Source: Candidatus Bathyarchaeum sp.
GTDB lineage: Archaea > Thermoproteota > Bathyarchaeia > Bathyarchaeales > Bathyarchaeaceae
NCBI GenBank assembly: GCA_026014495.1
Contig: JAOZIF010000013.1
Span: 1-59,230 of the forward strand
DNA length: 59,230 bases
Reading direction: 5' to 3'
The position numbers were made by a program, and so were the translations under genes. Positions within the stretch are counted from its first letter, which is position 1, and every line of letters begins with the position of its first letter. The notes under the pieces were generated by a model, which was given only the letters and a program-made list of their open reading frames with translations, was not told the DNA's origin and made no database searches. Positions 9,819-18,465 of this stretch are shown here, one piece after another.

Positions 9819-10436
9819 CTACGTGTGAGCTGAGTCCAAGTTTGATGTTTTGGTTTGGTTTAACGTATGTAATGCCAGTTCGCCAGCTTTTTTCATGTTT
9901 TTGCCAAGAGAAACAAAACCATGATTTCTAATTACAATTAGCTCCTTGTTGCCCATTACCTTCAGGACTTCTTTTGCTAACTCTATTGTGCCAGATTCGT
10001 ATTCTGTTTCAGTTATGGGCAGACTCATTTTTTCAGCATGGCTTACTATGTTGTCGTTGTGTCCATGAAAAACTGCGTTAATTTCTTTGTTTGCTTTGTA
10101 AAGCAAATGGTGCATTATCGACTCGGAAGATGGTTTCTTTTTGCCTTCAACAAAAAACGTGTTAGCTTTTTCGTCGTAAGCTTTGACATTAACAAAACAG
10201 TTGTCGGCTAAGTTCTCTTTGTTTTTCAGTCCAGACGCTGTTATCACAAAACCATCTTTTAATCTAAAACTCAGGTTGCCCGTGTAGTTTCCTTCAACCA
10301 CTGGAGTTAAACCGTTTTTCTGGAATTTTTCGCTCCATTCTTTTAGTTCCACAATTTTTGCGTCACTGGGAACCTTGTCAGAGACAAAAACGGTGTTGAA
10401 TCTTATTTTTCCTTCTTTCATTTGCTCATTCAGCAC
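9819..10436 (-). CDS. Class II aldolase/adducin family protein
   Basis: GNLSFR, ITASG, PSSESIMH, HGH and RNHG metal-binding histidines. Confidence 0.88.
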   Translation of the reverse strand: MLNEQMKEGKIRFNTVFVSDKVPSDAKIVELKEWSEKFQKNGLTPVVEGNYTGNLSFRLKDGFVITASGLKNKENLADNCFVNVKAYDEKANTFFVEGKKKPSSESIMHHLLYKANKEINAVFHGHNDNIVSHAEKMSLPITETEYESGTIELAKEVLKVMGNKELIVIRNHGFVSLGKNMKKAGELALHTLNQTKTSNLDSAHT

Positions 10437-10498
10437 TTTGTTGGCTTAGGGGTTTTGCAAAGTATAAGACGCCTATATAAACAGAGCAGATTATCGGT

Positions 10499-11563
10499 TT
10501 ATAGCCATTTTTTCTTTCTGAAATAACCTACCATTACTATACCTACGGCAAGCATAACAATGTAAACCATGGGATACCCCCAAGGCGAATCAAGCTCAGG
10601 CATATACTTGAAGTTCATTCCGTAGATGCCCGCGATAAGCGTTAATGGAATAAATATTGTTGCGATAATTGTTAATACTTTCATTACTTCGTTCATTTTG
10701 TTGCTGACGCTTGAAAGATAAATGTCAAGCATGCCCGAAAGCATGTCGCGAAAAGTTTCTAGGGCGTCAATGACCTGAATTGTGTGATCATAAACGTCTC
10801 GTAAGTAAATGTCGATGGACTTGTCGATTAGGGGCGATTCCCATCTTTCCAGTCTACTTATTACTTCCCGTAACGGCCAAACCGATTTGCGGAGATATAT
10901 TAGTTCACGTTTCAAGTTGTGGATTGTATGCAGAACTTCTGGTGTTGCGTTCTTAACAAGTTCATCTTCTATGTCCTCGATTTTTTCTCCAATTTTCTCC
11001 AGAACCATGAAGTAGTGGTCAACGATGGCGTCTATCAGAGAGTATGCAAGGTAGTCTGCCCCCATTTTTCTGGTGCGCCCACGATCAGACCTAATTCGTT
11101 CTCTGATGATATCAAAAACGTCTCCTTCATCCTCCTGAAACGAGACCACATAATTTGAGCCAAGAATCAGACAGACCTGCTCGGTTCTTGTTTCGTTTAC
11201 TTTTTCGTCGTATTGAAGCATTTTTAGGACAATAAACAGGTAATCATTAAAATCCTCCATTTTTGGGCGCTGCCCAGTATGCATGATGTCTTCTAATGCG
11301 AGGGGATGAATTTTGAGGTGTTTGCCGATTTGTTCGACATTATCTAGTTTATGCACCCCGTCTATGTTTATCCATGTTGTAGTTGGTTTATCTTTGAGGG
11401 GAAAACATTTGTCAACTGTGTTTACTTCTGTTTCCTCAAAATTGTTGCTATCATAAGTGATGCATGTAACCTTTACTTGTTCATCCTTTTTTTTACCAAC
11501 ATATACTGGGGTTCCGGGAGGAAGACCAGCTTTCTTTGCTAGCTTCTTGGTAAAACGTGGCGT
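10499..11563 (-). CDS. corA: CorA Mg2+/Co2+ transporter, full length only if initiated at ACG 11563
   Basis: HPLALED, YLRDVYDH, GIYGMNF, MPEL. The frame stays open 69 codons upstream of the track start (PRFTKKLAKKAGLPPGT...TWINIDG), giving 354 aa. No in-frame ATG/GTG/TTG occurs before the upstream TAG. Confidence 0.9.
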   Translation of the reverse strand, partial: TPRFTKKLAKKAGLPPGTPVYVGKKKDEQVKVTCITYDSNNFEETEVNTVDKCFPLKDKPTTTWINIDGVHKLDNVEQIGKHLKIHPLALEDIMHTGQRPKMEDFNDYLFIVLKMLQYDEKVNETRTEQVCLILGSNYVVSFQEDEGDVFDIIRERIRSDRGRTRKMGADYLAYSLIDAIVDHYFMVLEKIGEKIEDIEDELVKNATPEVLHTIHNLKRELIYLRKSVWPLREVISRLERWESPLIDKSIDIYLRDVYDHTIQVIDALETFRDMLSGMLDIYLSSVSNKMNEVMKVLTIIATIFIPLTLIAGIYGMNFKYMPELDSPWGYPMVYIVMLAVGIVMVGYFRKKKWL

Positions 11564-11620
11564 TACAGTGCACCCCCTGAAAGATTTTCGTGTAGACTAT
11601 TTAATACTTCTCAAAGCTGT

Positions 11621-12652
11621 TTATCCACTTCTGTTTGGCTCTAAAATTACCTTAAGCGATTTTCCTGCTTCTGCCACAAGCCTAAACCCTTCTGCCGCTT
11701 CTTTGAGGTCTAGCCTGTGGGTTATCATGTCAAAAACGTTGATGTGCTTTTGTGACAAAACATGCAATGCTTCTTTGAGGTCTTTTGGCGCTGCACCATA
11801 CGACGTTCGTATTGTTGTTTCGTTTCTCCAAAACTGGGTTATGGGTATCGGAATTTTAACTGTGGGGTCTGGAACCGCAAAAAACAGGATTGTTCCTCCA
11901 CGGTCTGCGCAGTCTAGTGCAGTTAATGCTGCTTTGGTTGCACCAGTGCACACAATTACTTTGTCCACTCCGGTTCCATCGTTAAGTTGTTTTAGTTGCT
12001 TAACTAAATCATTGTTAGCATCTATTGTGTGGTCTGCGCCAAATTTTTCTGCCAACTTTAGACGGTCAGCACTGATGTCCGCCGCAAAAATCTTCTGTAC
12101 ACCCTTCATTTTCGATAATTGTATGTGAAGTATTCCAGCCATTCCACTGCCAATTATCAAAACTGTGTCACATTTTTGCATATCCGATAATCTTTGACCC
12201 CTAACTGCACACGCTAACGGTTCAATGAATGTTCCTTCTTCATAGCTCATGTCTGCTGGCAGCTTGTAAACTCCGGATTCAATGTTAATTTTTGGCACAC
12301 GTATATACTGCGAGAAGCCTCCAGGAAAGTAATTTGTTGTGTGCAGGGTTTCGCAGGCTGTGTGCGCATCTTTTTTGCAGTAACAGCACTTGTTGCAGGG
12401 TACATGATGAGAAACAAAAACGCGGTCTCCAACTTCATATTTGGTGACGTTTTCTCCAACTTCATCTATTATTCCTGTTGCTTCATGGCCTAGCACTCGG
12501 GGCGCTTTTGGGAGCCTGTACCATTCTACACCGTCTGTTCCGCAGATTCCGCTAGCCATGACCTTTAGGAGAAATTCGTCGGGTCCAATCTCTGGTTTAG
12601 GGATGTCTTCTATTCGTATGTCCTTGTTGTTGTGGTAGACCGCTACAAGCAT
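11621..12652 (-). CDS. Zn-dependent medium-chain dehydrogenase (sorbitol/threonine dehydrogenase-like)
   Basis: GICGTD, GHE, structural Zn motif CxxCxxC-x7-C, NAD-binding GSGMAG. Confidence 0.93.
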   Translation of the reverse strand: MLVAVYHNNKDIRIEDIPKPEIGPDEFLLKVMASGICGTDGVEWYRLPKAPRVLGHEATGIIDEVGENVTKYEVGDRVFVSHHVPCNKCCYCKKDAHTACETLHTTNYFPGGFSQYIRVPKINIESGVYKLPADMSYEEGTFIEPLACAVRGQRLSDMQKCDTVLIIGSGMAGILHIQLSKMKGVQKIFAADISADRLKLAEKFGADHTIDANNDLVKQLKQLNDGTGVDKVIVCTGATKAALTALDCADRGGTILFFAVPDPTVKIPIPITQFWRNETTIRTSYGAAPKDLKEALHVLSQKHINVFDMITHRLDLKEAAEGFRLVAEAGKSLKVILEPNRSG

Positions 12653-12680
12653 TGCGTCACCAAAAATTAGGGAGAAGGAC

Positions 12681-13478
12681 TTATGCCTTTCCCGATTTTA
12701 CTTCTTCAAAGAGTTGTTGTGCTTCTTTGGCAGTGAGGTTTTCATGGATTATTCCACGTATACCTCGCATAACTGCTACTGGATACTGGTGTTGCCAAAT
12801 GTTTCTGCCAAGGTTAACGCCTATGGCTCCACATTGCATTCCGTCATAAACGAACTCGAATACCTCCAGTGCAGTGTCCACTTTTGGTCCGCCTGCGATT
12901 ACCACAGGAACAGGGCAGCCATCAACAACTTTAGCGAAATCTTCTTCACAGTAATATGTTTTGACTACTCTGGCGCCTAATTCAGCTGCTATTCTAGAGC
13001 ATAATCCTAGGTATCGGGCTGTACGCTTTTCGAGTTCTCTGCCTACTGCAGTTACTGCCATTGTGGGTATACCATAGTCTTCGCATTGGTCAACAAGCCG
13101 TGAAAAACTCTTCAAAGTTTGATGCTCATATTTGCCACCAACATAAATGCTCATGGAAACGGCGCTGGCGTTAAGCCTAAGAATCTCTGTTATAGAAGTC
13201 ATCTGTTCCTCATTTGACAGGTCGTCTCCGACTACGCTGTTGCCTCCAGAAACCCGCAGAATAATCGGCTTTTCAATTGATGGGTCTACACAGTTTCTAA
13301 GCACGCCTCGCGTCATCATTACAGCGTCTGCGTATGGAACAAGCGGTTTTATTGTTTCTCCGGGCTTCTCCAGTTTACGGGTTGGTCCCTGAAAATATCC
13401 ATGGTCAATAGGCAAAAAGAGCGCTTTTCCGTCTTTTTGTATGAGCCTGTTTAATCTGTTTTGGATTCCCCAATCCAT
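12681..13478 (-). CDS. lsrF: LsrF-like 3-hydroxy-5-phosphonooxypentane-2,4-dione thiolase (class I aldolase fold)
   Basis: MDWGIQNRLNRL, IDHGYFQGPT, catalytic Lys in VVKTYY, GCPVPVVIAGG, NLGRNIWQ, all matching recalled E. coli LsrF. ATG 13478 follows GAGGGAGG. Confidence 0.85.
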   Translation of the reverse strand: MDWGIQNRLNRLIQKDGKALFLPIDHGYFQGPTRKLEKPGETIKPLVPYADAVMMTRGVLRNCVDPSIEKPIILRVSGGNSVVGDDLSNEEQMTSITEILRLNASAVSMSIYVGGKYEHQTLKSFSRLVDQCEDYGIPTMAVTAVGRELEKRTARYLGLCSRIAAELGARVVKTYYCEEDFAKVVDGCPVPVVIAGGPKVDTALEVFEFVYDGMQCGAIGVNLGRNIWQHQYPVAVMRGIRGIIHENLTAKEAQQLFEEVKSGKA

Positions 13479-13479
13479 C

Positions 13480-13704
13480 TTATTTTCCTCCCTCATTCTG
13501 TGGTCTTACAATTAAATATCCTTTCTCTATAAGCCAATGATGAAACTGCCACGTAGTATACACACAATCAGTGCTGCATGTCTTCCTGACTTTTTCATAT
13601 TCTTCAGAGCCTGACTCTAGCTTGTTTAGTTCAACCTGCACAGGACAGCTTACGTCATTGCAGAATTCTCGGCGCTTATAATCAACAAAACCTTCTATGC
13701 TCAA
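13480..13704 (-). CDS. Small Cys/His-rich hypothetical protein
   Basis: 74 aa with C-x4-C, C-x3-C and FHHW; stop lies 1 nt before the lsrF ATG. Confidence 0.75.
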   Translation of the reverse strand: MSIEGFVDYKRREFCNDVSCPVQVELNKLESGSEEYEKVRKTCSTDCVYTTWQFHHWLIEKGYLIVRPQNEGGK

Positions 13705-13777
13705 AATTGAAACCTCAGTTGATTCTTCGAGTGTATACTCTAACTTTTAAAATTAACTCGCAACTGAGTTGTCACGT

Positions 13778-13828
13778 CTATTAGGAGACTAATAGAGGTT
13801 CATTGTTGAAAACTAACTTTTTTCTGAA
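13778..13828 (+). repeat. Dispersed intergenic element, copy 1 of 3
   Basis: CTATTAG-GAGA-CTAATAG-AGGTTCATTGTTGAAAACTAAC-TTTTTT-CTGAA; 45 nt identical to copy 3. Confidence 0.9.
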
Positions 13829-13953
13829 AAACAAAGCAAGACAACAAACATGGCAGTTAACTGCTTAGTCAAAAACCTGAAGGTCACAGTTTAATAATTG
13901 AAAACACATCTGATTCACGTGACTTGCAATATTTCGTTGTGAAGTGAAGCACC

Positions 13954-14865
13954 ATGTATGATGTTATAATTATTGGTTCTGGACCCGCTGGCTTAACCGC
14001 CTCCATTTACACAAGCAGAGCTGGACTAAAAACCCTTGTAGTTGCAGGAGCCACATGGGGCGGGCAACTCATGCTCACACGAGAAGTCGAAAACTTTCCA
14101 GGATTCGAAAACGGAATTCTTGGACCCACACTCATGGAACAAATGCACAAACAAGCTGAACGATGCGGAGCAGAACTAATCTTTGAACACGCCACCGCTA
14201 CGAACTTTAAATCAAAACCCTTCAAGGTGACCACTGGAAACAAGGTTTACGAAGCAAAAACAGTTGTCATAGCCACCGGCGCTTCAGCTAAGTGGCTGGG
14301 CTTAGAAAGCGAAACACGTCTTAGAGGCAGAGGCGTTTCAGTTTGTGCCACCTGCGATGCACCCTTTTTCAGAAACAAAAAAGTTGTAGTTGTTGGAGGA
14401 GGCGACACCGCCATGGAAGAAGCCCTATTTTTATCTAACGTTGTAAGCGACGTCAAAGTTATTCACAGACGAGACACGCTACGAGCCTGCAAGTGGCTTC
14501 AAGAAAAGGCATTTGAAAACCCAAAAATCTCGTTTGTGTGGAACAGCACAGTCACTGAGGTCCTAGGAAAAGACAGAGTAGAAGGCGTTAAACTTGCAAA
14601 CACTGTTTCTGGCGAACAATCCCGACTCTCTTGTGACGCTGTCTTTTTAGCAATCGGTTACACGCCCAACACTGGCATCTTCAAGAACCAAATTGAACTT
14701 GAAGAAACAGGCTACATTGTAGTCCATGACGAAACACGAACCAACATAGAGGGCGTGTTTGTTGCAGGCGATGTTGCAGATTACCGTTACCGCCAAGCCA
14801 TCGCCGCTGCTGGGTCTGGCTGCAAAGCAGCTCTTGATGTAGAAAAATATCTGTTAAGCACCTAA
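13954..14865 (+). CDS. trxB: Thioredoxin-disulfide reductase
   Basis: GSGPAG FAD motif, CATCD redox motif, GGGDTA NADPH motif, AGDV. Confidence 0.97.
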   Translation: MYDVIIIGSGPAGLTASIYTSRAGLKTLVVAGATWGGQLMLTREVENFPGFENGILGPTLMEQMHKQAERCGAELIFEHATATNFKSKPFKVTTGNKVYEAKTVVIATGASAKWLGLESETRLRGRGVSVCATCDAPFFRNKKVVVVGGGDTAMEEALFLSNVVSDVKVIHRRDTLRACKWLQEKAFENPKISFVWNSTVTEVLGKDRVEGVKLANTVSGEQSRLSCDAVFLAIGYTPNTGIFKNQIELEETGYIVVHDETRTNIEGVFVAGDVADYRYRQAIAAAGSGCKAALDVEKYLLST

Positions 14866-15013
14866 ACCAGCACAAATAATTCACAAAGAATCCAGAAAAA
14901 AGAGCATCACCGTCTGGACTAACAAAGCTTTTACATGTCCTGACCCAATAAACTGGGTTGAAAGCTTCTCCACAAAAATCGGGCATCAGCGAAAAAAAGG
15001 AGAAAAGTTAGTC

Positions 15014-16240
15014 ATGAGTGTACAATCTTACTCCAAAAAACTGGGAATCGTGGGCAAACCAAACACTGGAAAATCCACATTTTTTTCCGCTGCAACCCTA
15101 ATCCCAGTGGACATCGGAAACTATCCCTTCACAACCATCAAACCCAACAGAGGCATAGGATACCTAAGAACTCCATGTGTCCACACAGAATTCAATGTTG
15201 AAGATAACCCAAAAAACTCCCTGTGCCTAAACGGAATCCGATTAGTTCCTGTTGAATTAATCGACGTGGCAGGACTCGTCCCCGGAGCATGGGAAGGACG
15301 CGGACTAGGAAACCAGTTCCTAGACGAAATCAGACGCGCAGACGCGTTGCTACATGTAGTCGACGCCTCAGGGTCAACAGATTGTGAAGGAAAAATCTGC
15401 AAAAAAGGAGAACACGACCCCCTGGAGGACGTAAAGTTTCTTGAGAACGAAATAACCATGTGGCTAAACCAGATACTAAAAAAAGACTGGCCCAAAATGG
15501 CTAGAACTGCAGAATCAGGCAGAGAAGACATGATTTCTCTTCTAGAGTCGCGCTTGAATGGGTTAGGCATCAAACGGTTCCACATAATTGAGAGCCTAAG
15601 AAAAACAGACCTTAATATGGACAAACCAACACACTGGAGCGACCAAGACCTCATAACATTCTTGAATCTACTCCGAAGCGTTTCCAAGCCAACATTAATT
15701 GCCGCAAACAAAATTGACCTACCATATGCCGAAGAAAATGTTGAGCGCCTAAAAGAGAGCGGATACAGTGTTGTGGCCTGTAGCGCAGAAGCAGAACTGG
15801 CCCTTAGAAGAGCCGGAGAAAAAGGATTAATAACTTACAATCCCGGAGACTGCAAATTAACTCCAAAAAACCCTGAAAAACTCACCCCCGCCCAGAACAG
15901 AGCATTAAATGTTATTCAGGAACAAATCCTATACAAATTCGGGTCTACTGGAGTCCAAGAAGCCATTAACCATGCCTTCTTTGAGCTTTTGCAAATGGTT
16001 GCTGTTTACCCTGTAGAGGACAGTGAACATCTCAGCGACCACAAGGGCAGAGTTCTTCCCGATGTGTATCTTGTACCCTACGGAACTACTGTTCGCCAAC
16101 TCGCGTACATAATTCACACTGAATTAGGAGACAGTTTCATTCACGCAATTGATATTCGTGGAAAAAACAGAATCGGTGAAGACTATGTACTAAAAGACAG
16201 GGACGTAGTTTCGATAGTCAGCGCCAAGAAAAGAGGGTAA
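15014..16240 (+). CDS. ychF: YchF/Obg-family ATPase/GTPase, archaeal type with TGS domain
   Basis: GKPNTGKST, NYPFTTI, DVAGLV, NKID, C-terminal IHTELG. Confidence 0.9.
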   Translation: MSVQSYSKKLGIVGKPNTGKSTFFSAATLIPVDIGNYPFTTIKPNRGIGYLRTPCVHTEFNVEDNPKNSLCLNGIRLVPVELIDVAGLVPGAWEGRGLGNQFLDEIRRADALLHVVDASGSTDCEGKICKKGEHDPLEDVKFLENEITMWLNQILKKDWPKMARTAESGREDMISLLESRLNGLGIKRFHIIESLRKTDLNMDKPTHWSDQDLITFLNLLRSVSKPTLIAANKIDLPYAEENVERLKESGYSVVACSAEAELALRRAGEKGLITYNPGDCKLTPKNPEKLTPAQNRALNVIQEQILYKFGSTGVQEAINHAFFELLQMVAVYPVEDSEHLSDHKGRVLPDVYLVPYGTTVRQLAYIIHTELGDSFIHAIDIRGKNRIGEDYVLKDRDVVSIVSAKKRG

Positions 16241-16247
16241 ACAACTA

Positions 16248-17042
16248 TTACGTGCCAAAACGGCGTTTTCTTCTTTGATACATTCTAACTGCACGTAAAA
16301 GGTCTATGAATCTAAAGTCTGGCCAGTTCACATCCACGAAACACAGTTCACTGTAAGCAGACTGCCAAGAGAGAAAACCGCTAAGTCTTTCTTCACCAGA
16401 TGTTCGTATAATCAGGTCAGCATCCTGCTTTGGCATGTGGGCAGTGTATAGGTAGTTCTCAAAAACTTGTTCAGTGATGTCTTCAATTTTCAGTTCACCG
16501 TTTTTAACTTCTTCAGCTATTTTCTTCGTGGCATCAACAATTTCTGCTCTTCCACCGTAAGCCAACGCTATATTCAAAAACCGGTCGCTAAAGTTTTTTG
16601 TTGTTTCTTCTACGGGCTCAATAACTTCTTGAATCGATTTAGGTAAGAGGTCTATGCGCCCTATGGCTTTAACTCTGATTTTGTTTTCGTAAATCCGCTT
16701 ATTTGTAAGGATTGAACGCAGTTTTTCTTCGATAAGCTTCATAATTTCGTTTACTTCTTTTTGTGATCGCTGAAAGTTTTCGGTTGAAAAAGCGTATAAC
16801 GTAATGAATTTTGCATCCAGTTCGATACACCAATCAAGAAGTTCGTTAATCTTGTTGGCGCCATGACGGTGACCAACCCACGGGATCATTGCTTTGTGGA
16901 CTGCCCATCTCCTGTTTCCGTCAAGGATGATTGCGATATGTTCCGGTTTTTTGCCTTGGTTAACTTGGAACCACAGCCACTTTTCATATGCCTTATAAAT
17001 TCCTAAAACAGAGAGCAAACCTTCAAGCATATCTTTTACCAC
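16248..17042 (-). CDS. uppS: cis-prenyltransferase (polyprenyl diphosphate synthase)
   Basis: HIAIILDGNRRWA, LYAFSTENF, YGGR, IRTSGEERLSGF. Confidence 0.96.
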   Translation of the reverse strand: MVKDMLEGLLSVLGIYKAYEKWLWFQVNQGKKPEHIAIILDGNRRWAVHKAMIPWVGHRHGANKINELLDWCIELDAKFITLYAFSTENFQRSQKEVNEIMKLIEEKLRSILTNKRIYENKIRVKAIGRIDLLPKSIQEVIEPVEETTKNFSDRFLNIALAYGGRAEIVDATKKIAEEVKNGELKIEDITEQVFENYLYTAHMPKQDADLIIRTSGEERLSGFLSWQSAYSELCFVDVNWPDFRFIDLLRAVRMYQRRKRRFGT

Positions 17043-17166
17043 AAGAGTTAACGACTTTTGGTATTACCTTTTACATTCATTTTTTAGTGTTTCCCATTTG
17101 CTTATGAATGCTGGGAGTATATAGGCAAGAGTTTTAGATAATAAACCTTTCAATTATGCCGAAGTT

Positions 17167-18381
17167 TTAGGCATTCAGCTGGTCATCGAGTAAGTTGTCT
17201 TCAAATTCTTCCATTGTCTCTTCTGGTTCTTTGAAGTAGCTGCTGTATTTTCTACGTAACAATAGCACTGTAAAGAATGTAGACACCATAACAGGTATGC
17301 CCCCAACGATCGCGTAAACCAACGTGTAATAATTCACGTCTGGATTGATTAGTATCCGTCCCGCCTCAACAAACATAACAGAAGACCATGCAACCCCAAC
17401 CACTATGATAACAGTACGCCACAACCGCAGGTCATGTTCGAAGAAATAGCGAACCGCCCTGCCCATAAGTATGACACATATGCCGATAGCTATCAGGTAT
17501 GTTGAGCCATAAAGAAACTCTCCGATGAGTCCTGGAACTTGTGCAAATGGCTCAACTGTATCATTAACAACGCTCGCTACTGCTGTTCCCCCTAGATAGC
17601 CGCCAATAAGAATTATTAAAACTCCTGCAATGGCTGAAAAGCCTGCTATCTGCACAGGGACTGATGGCGGCGAATAATCTGTTATCAGTTTGTAAACGTT
17701 ATGGGTTGATTTGTCGAGTCTGAATCCTTTGATGCAAAGGTATGCTCCTATGATTATAGCTAGAGCTTGCACAGCATGAGACAGCAAATCAAAGTATGCG
17801 AGGGCGCCTAAAACAATGAAGAGTAATCCTGGAAGACCTAGGACTATTCTAGAATAGCGGGGGTTTTCTACAAGAATTTTCATGTAACGAGAAAAGACGG
17901 CGGCTGTTTCTTCGATGGATTTGCTGTGTTTTACTACAATTCTTCGAACAGAGGTAACTGGGACTCTTGATTCAATAAGGGGCAAAACCATCTCGTCTGT
18001 GTAGCCATCGGTAACAAGAATAACATCTGTGGCAGCAAACTTTTCTAAAACCTCAGTTAATTCGGCTACAAGTTGTCTGTCAGCTTCCACGCCCTCCAAA
18101 TCAGAGCCTGCTATGGTTCCAACTTCATACTCTTCTTGCCCTTTAGCACTTTTTTTCAGGTTGTCGTAGATTCTGACTGCTTCAAACATGGCGTTGGCGT
18201 CAGCTTCTTCAGGGTCTCGGAGAGCTAGACTTGCAGCAGCGTTAACGTTTTCTTTTCTTCCAAGGACTGGCGTGGCTATTCCTGCTTTCATGCCAAGATC
18301 GTCGTCCCTGTCGACGCATAGAATAAGAATACGCTCCGCCTTGTCTGCTTTAGGCATATTTGCTCTCCTTATATTACTCAT
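17167..18381 (-). CDS. DUF373 family membrane protein
   Basis: ILCVDRDDDLG, DPEEADAN, VVKHS N-terminal domain plus TM helices; adjacent to uppS as in other archaea. Confidence 0.85.
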   Translation of the reverse strand: MSNIRRANMPKADKAERILILCVDRDDDLGMKAGIATPVLGRKENVNAAASLALRDPEEADANAMFEAVRIYDNLKKSAKGQEEYEVGTIAGSDLEGVEADRQLVAELTEVLEKFAATDVILVTDGYTDEMVLPLIESRVPVTSVRRIVVKHSKSIEETAAVFSRYMKILVENPRYSRIVLGLPGLLFIVLGALAYFDLLSHAVQALAIIIGAYLCIKGFRLDKSTHNVYKLITDYSPPSVPVQIAGFSAIAGVLIILIGGYLGGTAVASVVNDTVEPFAQVPGLIGEFLYGSTYLIAIGICVILMGRAVRYFFEHDLRLWRTVIIVVGVAWSSVMFVEAGRILINPDVNYYTLVYAIVGGIPVMVSTFFTVLLLRRKYSSYFKEPEETMEEFEDNLLDDQLNA

Positions 18382-18465
18382 TTATTCGGAGGCACACTTT
18401 AATTTTGTCTTTATTTTTTTGATTCAACACTCCGTTGAATACACTCTAAATATGTTTACCTGAAT

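Noticed and set aside
11380-11420. Suspected frameshift truncating corA
   Set aside because: Re-reading gives TGT TTT CCC CTC AAA GAT (C-F-P-L-K-D) in one frame. The short track ORF is due to the missing standard start codon, not a frameshift.
13853-13864. Perfect 12-bp palindrome GCAGTTAACTGC upstream of trxB
   Set aside because: About 14 such palindromes are expected by chance in 59 kb (59230/4^6), and I saw no second copy.
14915-14970. Weak hairpin AAGCTTT...GACCCA-ATAAAC-TGGGTT...AAAGCTT between trxB and ychF
   Set aside because: Short AT-rich stems, one built on a self-complementary hexamer; not distinguishable from chance by eye.
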